Positions 62,363-64,000 of a stretch of 64,000 nucleotides of DNA are shown here, one piece after another; position 1 is the first letter of the stretch, and the number at the start of each line of letters is the position of its first letter. The notes under the pieces were generated by a model that worked only from the letters and a program-made list of their open reading frames with translations, had not been told where the DNA came from and did not search any database. Source of the DNA: Phoronis australis (lineage: Eukaryota; Animalia; Phoronida); assembly GCA_002633005.1 (NCBI GenBank), contig NMRA01000249.1, forward strand, positions 115,004 to 179,003, in the 5' to 3' direction. The position numbers and the translations under genes were made by a program.

Positions 62363-63519
62363 CTTGGAATACAAAAATTAGGACAGCGATTCCATAACTG
62401 TGACTTTATGAATTTTTAGTTTAATATCATCGCCGACAATTAGAAATTTGACAACCAAGGTTTGTTTTTGTAAAAAGCTTAAAATAACAGCGTAAGTAGT
62501 TTTCAGAGGACGGAAAATGGACAATTGTCCAGTCTTCTAACACAAGGTGCGTGAAAACCCTGTTACATTTGATGTTTATCACTTGGGTGTGTTTTTGGTT
62601 AATTTTTTCCTTTGAATGTTATTATAATTAGTATGAACATGTTGACTTCCTAGAAACTCAGAAAAAGGGTCCATTTTGAGACATACATTACCCTATGGCA
62701 GGCCTAGCAAATTCTATTTTGGTTTCAGAGTGCCGTCCGGGGGATGTTTGTTTTATCTTTAATGCAGCAAATAAACCAAACAAAAAGCGATTAAGGGCAG
62801 CATACATTTTACATAAACATGAAGTTTTCACAACTAAGTCCAGTTTTGTAGAAGACACGGAAAATTGCCTCGAGCACGCATTCACCTAATAAAATAATGT
62901 TTACTTCACTTGTACTCTATGAATATTATTACGCCACACTTCGACCAAAAAGGTAAGCAAGCTTGAAAGTGGTAAATGTTGAGCTTAAATTTGTCAAAAG
63001 CATTTGTTCACCGCATGCATTGCACGTGCATGTACATGTATACAAGGAATGTGTGTGTAACTAGATCCAGTTTTGTAGGAGGCAGAAGCCATTCGCCTTG
63101 TGCATGGATTTATGTCCAAATTCAGGTGACGCATCTGACGGTTCTCATTGACCAAACACGCAAAAACAGGTGATTAGAAGAGATATAGAGAATCATCTGT
63201 TTTTATACTGTAACCAAAAGAAAGTGTTCTAGACAGGTGACAAATTTAGCTTCTTTGAACATGGGCAGCACGTTGCTTATCACATGGATTATGGCTCAAG
63301 ATATGCCAATTAGAGTTATGAAAACAAGCGTTTTGCGTCCAGTAGAACTAGATCGACAAGCCAATATGTCGAGTTTTTCTTGTTCGGTTGGCCTCGTTAT
63401 TGGTTAAACCAATCTTCAATTCAATCAAACGCAGCTTTTCTTTACCGCTCTGAAGTACTAAATAAATACGGAGTCTGGGTTCGAAACTAGAGCATCAGAT
63501 GACAATGGCCTGACACCAG

Positions 63520-63900
63520 GTTAGAAATGTCTATCGTGGACACCTCTCCTCTGACTCATGCCTTTTATATGGGGACACTTGGACAGTCTGAAACACACCT
63601 GAATAGCGGAGTTGCAACGCCGCCATATTGGAAATGGGTCAGAATGTTGCATTGTGGTTAAGCTGGTAAACAAGTACGTCGGCAAGCGTGGGGGCGAACC
63701 GGCCACAGGGAGGTTATAGTGTTGTGTGCCTGGCATGCTATAATACCAGTTAGCGAAATAAAAAATTTAGTTACTACCTCTTTCCCAAGGATCAAGAACT
63801 GCGTTAAACATGGGTCAGAGACATCGGAGAGCTGGTAGCAAAGGCCGACTTCTTGAATTCTTTCGCGACTTCGTAGCATAAAGTGTGCAGCGCTCATTTT
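63520..63900 (-). mobile_element. Possible CR1/L2-type LINE 3' remnant
   Basis: Weak RAAHF and xxGH-like relics across frameshifts. Confidence 0.3.
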
Positions 63901-64000
63901 GAGGGCGGCAAGAAAACGTATCTTAGAAACTGCCCAACAATATCTCCCTTCAAAGAAACAGTAACAAATACTCCACGGCGGTTGGTAGTGAAAAAAAAAA

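Overview
AT-rich eukaryotic (invertebrate animal-type) genomic DNA; no prokaryotic operon, CRISPR, rRNA or tRNA was seen. Almost the whole window is one large minus-strand spliced gene, and both of its ends appear to lie outside the window. I found 13 single-domain exons by hand, all intron phase 1-1. In N-to-C order they read WSC - TSP1 - (TSP1 x7, recent tandem exon array) - WSC - TSP1 - SUEL/rhamnose-binding lectin - WSC, about 870 aa in the window. This is an extracellular, glycan-binding or adhesion-type mosaic protein. The TSP1 array (46.4-55.1 kb) has seven 168-nt exons with weak GTATAN donors, a near-identical 2.43-kb two-exon higher-order duplication, and one copy whose acceptor AG has become CG. 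The introns are filled with decayed transposons: L1/Tx1, RTE, RTE-X and LOA/R1 LINEs; a Penelope-like fragment with a hammerhead-ribozyme core; a P-superfamily THAP element with a 7-bp TSD; Kolobok-like and Sola3-like remnants; a Helentron/HINE-like element; and Harbinger MITEs and foldbacks. The palindrome TACATGTA is strongly over-represented, and paralogous introns give a direct empty-site/filled-site example of how it arises. All family assignments come from motif recognition, not database searches.
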